Source: Bacteroidales bacterium
GTDB taxonomy: Bacteria; Bacteroidota; Bacteroidia; Bacteroidales; Muribaculaceae
DNA: 51,286 nucleotides
Assembly (NCBI GenBank): GCA_029224905.1
Contig: JAQXVL010000005.1
Span: 1 to 51,286, forward strand
Reading direction: 5' to 3'
Both the position numbers and the translations under genes were made by a program. Below are positions 1-8,807 of this stretch, in pieces. Numbering within the stretch: the stretch's first letter is position 1; each line of letters starts with the position of its first letter. Below the pieces are notes generated by a model, which ran no database searches, was not told where the DNA came from, and saw only the letters and a list, made by a program, of their open reading frames with translations.

Positions 1-104
1 TGTCGCAGTTGTCACAAATCAACGAAATGCGCATGTCGTTGGCAAAATTACTCGGCGATAGAGTAATTATTCCTTAACGGTTTTAAAATACGCTTTTTTT
101 TCGC

Positions 105-112
105 TATTTTTG
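105..112 (+). promoter_or_regulatory. Bacteroidetes-type -7 promoter box (TATTTTTG, matches TAnnTTTG) upstream of the LysM gene
   Basis: Exact TAnnTTTG match 18 nt upstream of the ATG at 130. It lies in an AT-rich intergenic stretch after an upstream stop codon at 75-77. Confidence 0.45.
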
Positions 113-129
113 CAGAAATATATATATAA

Positions 130-2004
130 ATGAAAAGGTTAGCCTGTTTACCAATACTTCTTACGTTGTGGCTTATGGGAAGCGCACAGCTACAATTGCC
201 GATACGAAACATCGGCGGTACCGACTATTACTATCGCCAAGTGAAAAAGGGGGAAACCATCTATCGCATAGCAAAAGAGTTAGGCATAAGCGAAGCCGAC
301 ATAATGACCTACAACCCTTCGGTTGCCGACGGCCTGAAAAGAGACCAATGGCTCTTCTTCCCGGTCGATAAATTTCGCAAAGAACAACCGACAAAAACGT
401 CGGCTGCAAAGCATATTCACAACGTAAAGCCCGGCGAAACCGTCTACGGAATCTCTAAGACCTACAACATCACTATCGACGAGCTGATTGCTGCAAACCC
501 TTCGCTCGAAAACGGGCTCAAATCGGGAACAGACATTGTCATTCCCACAAAAAACAATCAAAAACTTCACACCATTCAGAAAGGTGAAACGCTCTATCGA
601 ATTGCGCTGAACAATAGTGTGACGATGGAAGACCTGATGAGCGCAAATCCCGGCATTTCCCCATCAAATTTCAAAGCCGGCGAAACTATCATCATCCCCG
701 AACCTGACGAAAATTTAGTAGCCGCGAAAAAGCAGCCGTCAACGGTGTTTATTGCCGAAAAAGTTGAAAAAGGCGACACCTACGAGTCGATTGCCAAGCA
801 ACACAACACAACAGCTTCACAAATCCGCGAAACCAATCCCGATAACTCAACGCCCAAGAAAGGCAGTTACGTATATGTTCCCGTTTCCGTAGAAAGCGAC
901 ACAACGGAGCATAAGTCGGTCGAAGATATTTACAACCAAGTTCACGAGGTCGACAAGACCAAGCCGCTGAAGTTAGCGCTGATTCTTCCGCTTGGACTGA
1001 ACGACACAACCTGCGCCAACAAAGAGCACAAACTCTACGGCGACTTCTATGGCGGATTCCTGCTGGGTCTGAAAAAGCATGCTCGCGAAAAACTGAATCT
1101 TGACGTTACCGTTATCGACTCGACTGTCGAATCAATCTACACCATTTGCGGCAAAAGCGCCGTAAAAAATGCCGACATCATTATTTCCGCCTACGAAGAC
1201 GACCAACTCGACAAGATTAACCGATTCGGCGAAGAGAATAAGATTTATGTCGTTAACCCATTCACCATCAAGGATGTTTCGTTCTACGAAAACGACCGAT
1301 GCATTCAACTCAACACGCCGTCGTCGTATATGATTGACGCCGTTCGCAATTACGTCAACGACCGATTATCGAAATATCGCATTGTCTACATCGGCGACGT
1401 AGATACTGAAGAAAAACCTCTGATTAACAAGCTGAAAGAGGCAGATAATATTTGGCAAACCATCTCGCCCGACGAGCTGAAGCCCGAAACATTTAGAGCT
1501 CTTGTCCCGGCTGACAAACAAATACTGTTTGTTCCCGTACAAAGTAGCATGAGTTATTTGGCAAAAATTGCACCGAGTCTCAACACCCTTCGCAAAGAAC
1601 TCTCCGAGTACAGTTTCGACCTATTAGGCTACCCCGAATGGACTACTTACAAGAAATATCACAAGTTTTTCCGCGCAATGGGCACGTATGTCTATACGCG
1701 TTACTGCCCGATTGAATTGTCGAAAGATGCAGGTCGTTGCTTAGACGAGTTCGAGAACTGGTACAACAGAGAATCGACCGACGCAATCCCGCAAATGACG
1801 GCTTACGGTTACGACATTGCCGACTATCTCTACACCCTGGCTTCGCAATTCGGCAACGACATTAACGCTTACACTCAGTGTTTCGAAGGTACTCACGGTT
1901 GCTTCGAACTGAAACGCGCCAGCAATTGGAGCGGTTTTGTCAATTCCGCTATATACATTATTAATTATAATACTACGTCTACCGAAAAGTTTATTATTAA
2001 ATGA
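130..2004 (+). CDS. Secreted LysM-repeat protein with C-terminal periplasmic-binding-protein-like domain
   Basis: N-terminal signal peptide (MKRLACLPILLTLWLMGSAQ). Four LysM-like units (GETIYRIAKELGIS.., GETVYGISKTYNIT.., GETLYRIALNNSVT.., GDTYESIAKQHNTT..), each ending in a ..P motif. A long alpha/beta C-terminal region follows. Confidence 0.8.
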   Translation: MKRLACLPILLTLWLMGSAQLQLPIRNIGGTDYYYRQVKKGETIYRIAKELGISEADIMTYNPSVADGLKRDQWLFFPVDKFRKEQPTKTSAAKHIHNVKPGETVYGISKTYNITIDELIAANPSLENGLKSGTDIVIPTKNNQKLHTIQKGETLYRIALNNSVTMEDLMSANPGISPSNFKAGETIIIPEPDENLVAAKKQPSTVFIAEKVEKGDTYESIAKQHNTTASQIRETNPDNSTPKKGSYVYVPVSVESDTTEHKSVEDIYNQVHEVDKTKPLKLALILPLGLNDTTCANKEHKLYGDFYGGFLLGLKKHAREKLNLDVTVIDSTVESIYTICGKSAVKNADIIISAYEDDQLDKINRFGEENKIYVVNPFTIKDVSFYENDRCIQLNTPSSYMIDAVRNYVNDRLSKYRIVYIGDVDTEEKPLINKLKEADNIWQTISPDELKPETFRALVPADKQILFVPVQSSMSYLAKIAPSLNTLRKELSEYSFDLLGYPEWTTYKKYHKFFRAMGTYVYTRYCPIELSKDAGRCLDEFENWYNRESTDAIPQMTAYGYDIADYLYTLASQFGNDINAYTQCFEGTHGCFELKRASNWSGFVNSAIYIINYNTTSTEKFIIK

Positions 2005-2690
2005 TAAATAGAAAATTTGCGGCTACACTTTTATGCCTCGCTGCTTCGCTCTCGGCATTCTGCCAACAACACTATGAGTCGAATATCGCTGTTGGCGTTA
2101 AAGCCGGTGCTACCATATCGAAAACAATGTTCTCGCCCAAAATAGAGCAAGGTTTTACCAAAGGATTTATTTCGGGTGTGGCTTTTAAATACATCGAAGA
2201 ACGTCACTTCGGAATAATTGCCGAACTAAACTTCCAACAACGCGGATGGCGTGAAAAGTTCGACGAAACCGACTACTATTTCGAACGCAAACTGACCTAT
2301 GTGCAAGTGCCGCTATTGGCGCACATCTATTTCGGCAGCGACCGATTTAAGGCTTTCTTCAATGCCGGACCGGAAATCGCATTCAACTTAGGCGATTCGT
2401 CGTCGGCTAATTTCAACTATAACGACCTTGACAATTTGCCTTCCGACCTCCCGATGTCGAACCGCAACACCGAACAATATACGATGCCAATAAAAAACAA
2501 AATAGACTATGGCATTTCTGCCGGATTGGGTGCGGAACTAAAGTTGGCGGGCAAGCACTCCGTGTCGGTTGAAGGTCGCGTTTACTACGGGCTGAACAGC
2601 ATTTTCTCCAACCGCAAAAAGGATGTTTTTGCAGGGTCGAACGGATTGTCGTTTATGGTAACCGCGGGATATTGGTTCCGAGTGAAATAA
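2001..2690 (+). CDS. Outer-membrane beta-barrel (porin-family/OMP_b-brl) protein
   Basis: Signal peptide MINRKFAATLLCLAASLSAFCQQ. Alternating hydrophobic beta-strand pattern and an aromatic C-terminal strand (AGYWFRVK). The ATGA start/stop overlap with the LysM gene implies co-translation. Confidence 0.75.
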   Translation: MINRKFAATLLCLAASLSAFCQQHYESNIAVGVKAGATISKTMFSPKIEQGFTKGFISGVAFKYIEERHFGIIAELNFQQRGWREKFDETDYYFERKLTYVQVPLLAHIYFGSDRFKAFFNAGPEIAFNLGDSSSANFNYNDLDNLPSDLPMSNRNTEQYTMPIKNKIDYGISAGLGAELKLAGKHSVSVEGRVYYGLNSIFSNRKKDVFAGSNGLSFMVTAGYWFRVK

Positions 2691-2699
2691 TGACGAGAA

Positions 2700-3674
2700 C
2701 TAACTGTTCTCCGAATAAATCCAACTGTCAATGTTTTTCTCTGCAAGTTCCAAACGGCAGTTTTCAACTTCCGTGTACGAACTTGCCGACATAAGGCATA
2801 CTTTGTAGAAATTTCCTTTCTTATCCATAATCTTAAGCCCCGTCAAGTCGGACTCGTCGACGAATTTTTGTGCTTGCTTGAGAGTCTTGAACGATGCTAC
2901 AATGAGGAAATACTTATCTGTTGCCGAAGAATCTTGAACTATTTCGGGTTCGGCTTTAGTTTCAATAACCTCAGGCGCTTGCTCTTCTATTTTCTGACAG
3001 TTGCGATTGTCAACAGTTTTCGTAGAAATAACGGCAGCCATATCGGGCGCATCGCCTACGTGGATGGGACCGGAAAGGACAAACGACAGCAACACGACAA
3101 CAGCAATCGATGCCGCAATGCGGAAAATGTTTTTGTGAAGAGGTATGTAGATAATGTCTTTCGACTTTTTATCGGTGCGAGTTTCAGATTCTTCTGCCAC
3201 TGCCGCAACTTCGATTTCGTCGTCGATTGTCGGCAATGCCACTGCGCTTAGTCCGAAGTATTTTCCAAAAGGCTCCTCACTCGGCTCAAACGACACGACA
3301 TCATCCACGCATGTAAATCTGCCGACATTGCCTAATGTAAGCTCGCCAACTTCCGAAAGATGAGTCTTCATTGCGAGAACATCATCTTCGACTACCTTAA
3401 CAGCGGCGTCGTACGAAATGCCCGATTTGCGCATTATCGACGTAACCAGCAGCGCATCGTTGTGGTTTACTGCCGCGTTAAACAAGATAGAACGCTTCGG
3501 CGGATAAATCATACCATCCTGTATATGAGCACTTTCTCGATGCGCTATAAACGCACCGAAACTCGGCACAACCACACAATCGTTATGCCGTACCAGGTAC
3601 TCAATATGTCCTATCACTGTTAACATCACTACAAAGTTAATAATTTCTACACTTTCAGCAAAATATTGTAACAT
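2700..3674 (-). CDS. HU-like (HU-CCDC81 type) and SPOR domain-containing protein
   Basis: N-terminal ..HNDCVVVPSFGAFIAHRES.. and a second ..LTLGNVGRFTC.. unit typical of tandem HU_CCDC81 domains. A central TM segment (IAASIAVVVLLSFVL) is present. The C-terminal SPOR-like module is KYFLIVASFKTLKQAQKFV...YKVCLMSASSYTEVE. The true start may be the internal Met at 3626 (MLTVIGHIEYLV..). Confidence 0.75.
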   Translation of the reverse strand: MLQYFAESVEIINFVVMLTVIGHIEYLVRHNDCVVVPSFGAFIAHRESAHIQDGMIYPPKRSILFNAAVNHNDALLVTSIMRKSGISYDAAVKVVEDDVLAMKTHLSEVGELTLGNVGRFTCVDDVVSFEPSEEPFGKYFGLSAVALPTIDDEIEVAAVAEESETRTDKKSKDIIYIPLHKNIFRIAASIAVVVLLSFVLSGPIHVGDAPDMAAVISTKTVDNRNCQKIEEQAPEVIETKAEPEIVQDSSATDKYFLIVASFKTLKQAQKFVDESDLTGLKIMDKKGNFYKVCLMSASSYTEVENCRLELAEKNIDSWIYSENS

Positions 3675-3727
3675 TTTTTTGAAATTTTATCACCAAGTAA
3701 ATTATGTTCGCACTTTTTTCAATTTTT

Positions 3728-3758
3728 TTTGGCATTATTAAAAAAATTACTATCTTTG
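3728..3758 (+). promoter_or_regulatory. Bacteroidetes-type promoter: -33 TTTG (3728-3731) and -7 TATCTTTG (3751-3758), 19-nt spacer
   Basis: Exact TAnnTTTG box plus an upstream TTTG at the canonical ~19-bp spacing. It sits about 75 nt upstream of the ATG at 3834. Confidence 0.55.
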
Positions 3759-3759
3759 C

Positions 3760-3771
3760 TTGGTATACCAA
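3760..3771. promoter_or_regulatory. Perfect 12-bp palindrome TTGGTATACCAA at the predicted transcription start of the PMP-repeat gene (operator-like)
   Basis: Read directly from the sequence. It is self-complementary and begins 2 nt after the -7 box. Confidence 0.35.
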
Positions 3772-3833
3772 ATATAATACATATACACGCTAAAAACACT
3801 ATCACAACAAACTAAAACACAAACAGTTAGGCT

Positions 3834-6824
3834 ATGAAAATTAGAGCATTGGTTCATTCTATTAGGGGGGGGGTAAATTTTACCCTACTTTTGTCCTTTT
3901 TACTATTATCGCAAACAGCAAACGCTGCTGTAACGAACTGTTCATATGGCCCAAATTTGCCGTCGTCAGGAAACTGGAGCGTTAAATATAACGGTCCGAC
4001 ACAACCGGACGCATGGCTTGGCGATAACCACAAAGTGATTTATGTTCATAATCCGGCAAGCGGAACAAATGTTGAAGAGGTAAATCTGACCGGCGATGTT
4101 AACATAACCGACCGTGTTTTTGTCGGTTTGTCGACAGACAATGGTGTAAACCCGGTCGGTAATGCCAAATTGATTATTCGCAATACGGCAAACAGACCTG
4201 TTACAATTAAACAATCCATTTGGGGGTCACGAATAAAAGCCACCGATACAAATGGTACATCCCACAATCAAACCGTTGACAATAATTGTATGTTTTCCGT
4301 TTGGGGTAGAGCCGAATTGGTAATTGAAGGCACAAAAGAAAACCCGATTATCATCGACGGAGGTCGAGGGAATCCCGTAACCAATGACTGGGAAGCAAAG
4401 AAAGGAGAATCCTCCAACTGTGGCGCGCCGTTTAACAAGATTATTTGGGGTCTTATCGAGTCGAACGGCACAATTACTCTAAAAAATGTCATTTTTAAAA
4501 ACGTATTATTCTCAAACATGTATGCAGGCAGCAAAGACGCTAATGGGAACGTTTCTTGCGAATGCTCTTGCATAAAATTGAACGCCGGAAGTAATGATTA
4601 TTATCATTACGTTTTAGGTACAACCTATTTGGAAAACGTGACTTTCGAAGGCATAGAAAGCCCGGCAGGTGGTGGGTGCATTTTGACTTGCTACGGCGAT
4701 TTGAAGAGCAACACCTCCAATTCCAAATCGTCGACAAAAATCACGATGATAAATTGCACGATTAAAGGTACAAAACAGAATGGAACAGACAGTACATCAC
4801 CATATGTACAAGGATTAATGCGATTTAACAACAATTGTTGTGCCGATGTGGAAATGTCTAATTGTACTTTTGAAAACAATACGGCAACACGTGCGTGTGC
4901 CGGCATTTATTGGAGTTCAAATTGTACAGACAAAAACGGGGAAAGACCTCGCTTAACCATCAATAACGGAACATATAAAAATAACAAATCCATACGTGGA
5001 AGCGCTATTTATGTGGACTATGGAGATGTTACAATGACCGGCAACGCAACATTTGAAGGCAACGAAGCAACGACTCAAGAAGGCGGTGCCGTTTTTCTTT
5101 GGAAAACCAAAGACATTAAGGTTGAAAATGCCGTTTTCCGAGGTAACAAAGCTCCGCAATCGAACGGCGGCGCCATACGTCTCCAAGACCAATGCAATCT
5201 TACCATATCAAAAAGTGCTGCTTTTGATGGCAATTATGCGGGAAACGGCGGTGCTATGTACGTCTATAATTCGACAGCAACGATTGGCAAAGCAACCTTC
5301 TCAAACAATTATGCAACACAGTCGGGCGGTGCACTTTACAACCATCTTGCAAACACGACAATTCAAGCCGAGGCTCTGTTTGAAGGCAACCACGCAGATG
5401 GCAATAATTATAGTTCAAATCCCACAATATACACCGGCGGAGGTGCTGTTTATTCTTACGAATACGGCGTTTTGAATATCACAAACGCAACATTCCGAAA
5501 CAATTACGCTTTGCCAAGCGATGCAAACAGCGGACGTGGAGGCGCCATAATGGTTTTCAAAGGTGGAAATAAATCGGGCGGCAACTGTTTGAACATTGAC
5601 GGAGCACTGTTCGAAGGCAATAAATCGAAAGTTGGCGGCGGCGCTGTCTTTTTCATGAACAATGAAATGAACTCGTCGAACGGAGACTTCCAATATGCAA
5701 CAATTAAAAATGCCACGTTCCGTAACAACGTCAGCGCCGTTGGCGGAGCAATTGGCTCCGATGGCAAGTATGAAAACGATACAAGAGATATCTTTATCAC
5801 CCTTGAGAACAACGTGATAGAAAACAATTGGGCATGCCTCGGCGGCGGATTGGCTATCCAAGAAGCGAAAGTGACCTACAATGGTGGTCTGATTCGCAAC
5901 AACACCGCAAACCATCGCCGAAAGAAAGACCTTGTTGCAAACAGCGCAGACGAAACTATCGATACGTCCGACGGTGTTGAATCCGGTTCGGGACACACAC
6001 TTCAAGGGCTTTGGGGTACAGACAGGAAAGCGGGATATGGCGGCGGTGTTGCCGTTACGGAAAAAGGAATTTTGACTTTCGACAAGACAAAAGGAAGATT
6101 CGGCATTTACAACAACACGGCGCTCATGGGTGGCGACGACATCATTGGCGACGGTAGCTTAAGTTTTACAACAAGCGTACAGTTGCCCGACCTATGGAGC
6201 GATGGAACAGCAAATCTCGACGGCATGAATCTTCCCGCAGAACTTAAACGCGCCCTTCGCTGGATGGAGGACTACCATAAAGGCGACGAGAATTATCTTA
6301 GAGATAATTACCCCGTCAGAGGAAGCGGATATAAGCCCGGTGATGCATCCGAAAGATATAGAACCCTCATGTTAGAGCGAAGCAAAGAACTCGTCAAGAA
6401 AACCATAGGCGCCGGAACGTATAATAAATATGTTGCCGTAGCGCTCGGCTATCCGTTTATCTATGTCACAATTGAAAAATCCGGACTGAAAAGAGGCGAC
6501 ACATCTATATTCAATATCTACAGCAATAAAGATGCCACGGGCGACCCGTATATGTCAATTGCAATAACCAATACAGACGGTGACGAAAGCACGACATTGA
6601 GCAAAATCGTTGCGCTCACGCCGGGCGATTGGACCGTCAAAGAAACCAACTGGTCGTATACCTACAACGCTACCGACGGCGTAACTCAGATTTACAACGA
6701 ATTGAAGAGCGACGAGGTGGCGAGTGGTAAGAAATACGTATATTCCTTCAAAAACAAAGCAAAAGACAATCAACCGCCACACGCCGAAGGCTACGTACAG
6801 AACGAATTGACAAAATCCAATTAA
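3834..6824 (+). CDS. Large secreted/surface protein with polymorphic-membrane-protein (Chlam_PMP-type GGA[ILV]/FxxN) repeats, predicted parallel beta-helix
   Basis: Signal peptide (..FTLLLSFLLLSQTANA). At least 8 GGA[IVLM] motifs (GGAVFLW, GGAIRLQ, GGAMYVY, GGALYNH, GGAVYSY, GGAIMVF, GGAVFFM, GGAIGSD) alternate with FxxN motifs (FEGNEA, FRGNKA, FDGNYA, FSNNYA, FEGNHA, FRNNYA, FEGNKS, FRNNVS). The N-terminal third is Cys-rich. The C-terminal ~150 aa looks like a beta-sandwich (GDWTVKETNWSYTY). Confidence 0.8.
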   Translation: MKIRALVHSIRGGVNFTLLLSFLLLSQTANAAVTNCSYGPNLPSSGNWSVKYNGPTQPDAWLGDNHKVIYVHNPASGTNVEEVNLTGDVNITDRVFVGLSTDNGVNPVGNAKLIIRNTANRPVTIKQSIWGSRIKATDTNGTSHNQTVDNNCMFSVWGRAELVIEGTKENPIIIDGGRGNPVTNDWEAKKGESSNCGAPFNKIIWGLIESNGTITLKNVIFKNVLFSNMYAGSKDANGNVSCECSCIKLNAGSNDYYHYVLGTTYLENVTFEGIESPAGGGCILTCYGDLKSNTSNSKSSTKITMINCTIKGTKQNGTDSTSPYVQGLMRFNNNCCADVEMSNCTFENNTATRACAGIYWSSNCTDKNGERPRLTINNGTYKNNKSIRGSAIYVDYGDVTMTGNATFEGNEATTQEGGAVFLWKTKDIKVENAVFRGNKAPQSNGGAIRLQDQCNLTISKSAAFDGNYAGNGGAMYVYNSTATIGKATFSNNYATQSGGALYNHLANTTIQAEALFEGNHADGNNYSSNPTIYTGGGAVYSYEYGVLNITNATFRNNYALPSDANSGRGGAIMVFKGGNKSGGNCLNIDGALFEGNKSKVGGGAVFFMNNEMNSSNGDFQYATIKNATFRNNVSAVGGAIGSDGKYENDTRDIFITLENNVIENNWACLGGGLAIQEAKVTYNGGLIRNNTANHRRKKDLVANSADETIDTSDGVESGSGHTLQGLWGTDRKAGYGGGVAVTEKGILTFDKTKGRFGIYNNTALMGGDDIIGDGSLSFTTSVQLPDLWSDGTANLDGMNLPAELKRALRWMEDYHKGDENYLRDNYPVRGSGYKPGDASERYRTLMLERSKELVKKTIGAGTYNKYVAVALGYPFIYVTIEKSGLKRGDTSIFNIYSNKDATGDPYMSIAITNTDGDESTTLSKIVALTPGDWTVKETNWSYTYNATDGVTQIYNELKSDEVASGKKYVYSFKNKAKDNQPPHAEGYVQNELTKSN
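3865..3873 (+). repeat. G9 homopolymeric tract inside codons 11-14 of the PMP-repeat gene
   Basis: The sequence att agg ggg ggg gta encodes I R G G V. Nine consecutive G were counted directly, upstream of the hydrophobic core of the signal peptide. Confidence 0.95.
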
Positions 6825-6844
6825 TTTCTACCGAATCTCTTGCT

Positions 6845-6888
6845 GCAGGCTCTCGACGTATTTGCATTCGAGAGCCTGCTTTCGTTTT
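6845..6888 (+). terminator. Rho-independent terminator of the PMP-repeat gene
   Basis: A 12-bp perfect stem GCAGGCTCTCGA / TCGAGAGCCTGC with an 11-nt loop, followed by TTTCGTTTT. Confidence 0.8.
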
Positions 6889-6907
6889 GGCATAAGCCGA
6901 AAAATTC

Positions 6908-6939
6908 TTTGTATTTTATTCAAAAAGAACGTAACTTTG
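6908..6939 (+). promoter_or_regulatory. Bacteroidetes-type promoter: -33 TTTG (6908-6911) and -7 TAACTTTG (6932-6939)
   Basis: Exact TAnnTTTG 17 nt upstream of the ATG at 6956. An upstream TTTG lies at 20-nt spacing. Confidence 0.5.
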
Positions 6940-6955
6940 CCAAAATTTTACAACT

Positions 6956-8020
6956 ATGTTTGAAAAAGGAACAAGAGGAAATACGCTCCATGGCATATTG
7001 CTAATAGCACTGTTTTCGTGCGCTGCATTTTACATTGCCGAGATTCCGGCAGTACAAAGTCTATCGCTTAGCCCGCTTATTATAGGTATTATATTGGGTA
7101 TGATTTATGCCAACAGTCTTCGCAATCGTCTACCCGAGACATGGGTTCCAGGCATAAAGTTTTGCACAAAGAAAGTTCTTCGGGCAGGCATCGTACTTTA
7201 CGGCTTCCGACTGACACTCAACGAAGTAGTCAACGTAGGCGCGGCAGCGATAGTTGTCGATTCGATAATTGTGGCGGGCACGTTGCTGCTGGGAATCTGG
7301 TTCGGCAAACTGCTAAAAATGGACAAAGACACAACGCTGATGACAGCAACCGGAAGCGCCATCTGTGGTGCAGCTGCCGTACTTGGCGCCGAGCCGGTGG
7401 TCAAATGCGAAAGCCACAAGACGGCAATTGCCGTTTCGACGGTTGTAATCTTCGGAACGATTGCAATGTTTCTCTACCCTATTATGTATCGTTGCGGCTT
7501 GCTCGATGGTCTGAGTAACGAATGCGTAGCAATCTACACGGGCAGCACACTTCACGAGGTGGCTCACGTTGCCGGGGCGGGAAATGCTATGGACCCTACC
7601 GATGCGCTCGGCATAGCCGGGACAGCGACTATCACTAAAATGATACGCGTAATGATGCTCGCTCCGGTGCTAATCATCATGGGTCTTGCACTTGCCGGAG
7701 GACATCACAATGGAGAAAAACGCGGCAAAATTACGATTCCTTGGTTTGCTTTCGGATTTATCGGCGTGATATGCCTCAATTCGCTGTTGCAATATCTTTG
7801 TGGAGTTGACACGGTCAAAGAAATACCATTGAATGGCACAATCGAATATATCGACACGTTTATGCTCACAATGGCAATGACCGCGTTGGGCACTGATACC
7901 GGCATCGAAAAATTCAAGGCTGCCGGTGCAAAGCCGTTTATCCTTGCGCTGATGCTATTTGCGTGGCTTGTCGGAGGAGGATATCTGCTTGCCAAATACC
8001 TTGCTCCGGTTGTAATGTAA
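6956..8020 (+). CDS. yeiH: YeiH/UPF0324-family integral membrane protein (putative sulfate exporter family transporter)
   Basis: About 10 predicted TM helices and a length near 350 aa. Family-typical stretches include LSPLIIGIILGM, TGSAICGAAAVLG, TITKMIRV and the GGGYLLAKYL C-terminus. Confidence 0.8.
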   Translation: MFEKGTRGNTLHGILLIALFSCAAFYIAEIPAVQSLSLSPLIIGIILGMIYANSLRNRLPETWVPGIKFCTKKVLRAGIVLYGFRLTLNEVVNVGAAAIVVDSIIVAGTLLLGIWFGKLLKMDKDTTLMTATGSAICGAAAVLGAEPVVKCESHKTAIAVSTVVIFGTIAMFLYPIMYRCGLLDGLSNECVAIYTGSTLHEVAHVAGAGNAMDPTDALGIAGTATITKMIRVMMLAPVLIIMGLALAGGHHNGEKRGKITIPWFAFGFIGVICLNSLLQYLCGVDTVKEIPLNGTIEYIDTFMLTMAMTALGTDTGIEKFKAAGAKPFILALMLFAWLVGGGYLLAKYLAPVVM

Positions 8021-8033
8021 CCGAAACAACAGG

Positions 8034-8603
8034 CTACTCTAATTCGTCAGCCGTCAAGCCGAGCATCATAGCAAACGGATATACCGGATTGTTTGTGACA
8101 TATTTGGCATCGGCAGACGCCGAGCGCAAGCTGTAGTTGACAATATCGGCGCATTTCATCGATTCGAGCACGTCGCGGATGCGTTCGTCTTGAGTACTGC
8201 AATCGCCGAGTGTTATCAAAACATCTATGCTTTCGTTGTCGACATACACGTCGGCAAGCACTTGCACAAACATTTCGTCGACGGCAACCATACGCTCGTT
8301 TGAGATAGCCGAGAAAGCGAACTCGCCCATTTGGTCGAGAAAGGCAACACCATCCAACAATTCGTCCGGCGAGCCCGGGATTGTCGGATGCGACACCCGG
8401 TCGGCAGCATCGTAGACGTAGACCACGGAATAGTCGGTTGTCTCGCTGCGGTCGGCACACAGTGCCAACAGCGGCGGCAATTCGGCAAAATCGAAGGCGG
8501 CTAATGCCCTACCCGTTTTCGGTTCAAAGTGAGTGCGCAAATCGCCACAAAAACGAACGGCGAAAGCGGCATCGATGAGTATGACTCCTTTTTTATTCGA
8601 CAT
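8034..8603 (-). CDS. Acidic hypothetical protein (conserved-looking, function unknown)
   Basis: A clean 189-aa ORF with coding-like composition and no TM or signal sequence. I recognise no diagnostic motif with confidence. There is a weak resemblance to NYN/LabA-like layouts (VILIDAAF... VLITLGDCSTQD). Confidence 0.55.
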   Translation of the reverse strand: MSNKKGVILIDAAFAVRFCGDLRTHFEPKTGRALAAFDFAELPPLLALCADRSETTDYSVVYVYDAADRVSHPTIPGSPDELLDGVAFLDQMGEFAFSAISNERMVAVDEMFVQVLADVYVDNESIDVLITLGDCSTQDERIRDVLESMKCADIVNYSLRSASADAKYVTNNPVYPFAMMLGLTADELE

Positions 8604-8775
8604 CGAAAATTAAATTTTATGCCAAGTTACAAATAAACCGACAACCACACAACAGTTGCACGAAAAATGGCACTCAAAGTCGTGCAAAAAGCCGTTTTGG
8701 AGAGGTTTTGGTCGAAAATTTAATAAAAAATGTATTTTTTACAGTCTATTTTAGTGTTATCTCAATTATTTTTAA

Positions 8776-8783
8776 TAAGTTTG
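8776..8783 (+). promoter_or_regulatory. -7 promoter box TAAGTTTG upstream of udk
   Basis: Exact TAnnTTTG match 25 nt upstream of the ATG at 8808. Confidence 0.45.
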
Positions 8784-8807
8784 TATCAAGTTTGAAAATT
8801 TGATATT

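Noticed and set aside
3-77. An open frame ending at TAA 75-77 (..SQLSQINEMRMSLAKLLGDRVIIP*), possibly the 3' end of an upstream + strand gene.
   Set aside because: Only 24 codons are visible and no motif is identifiable, so it cannot be supported as a feature.
118-128. An (AT)5 dinucleotide run immediately upstream of the LysM gene start codon.
   Set aside because: It is short and sits in a generally AT-rich leader. There is no evidence that it is more than promoter-proximal AT richness.
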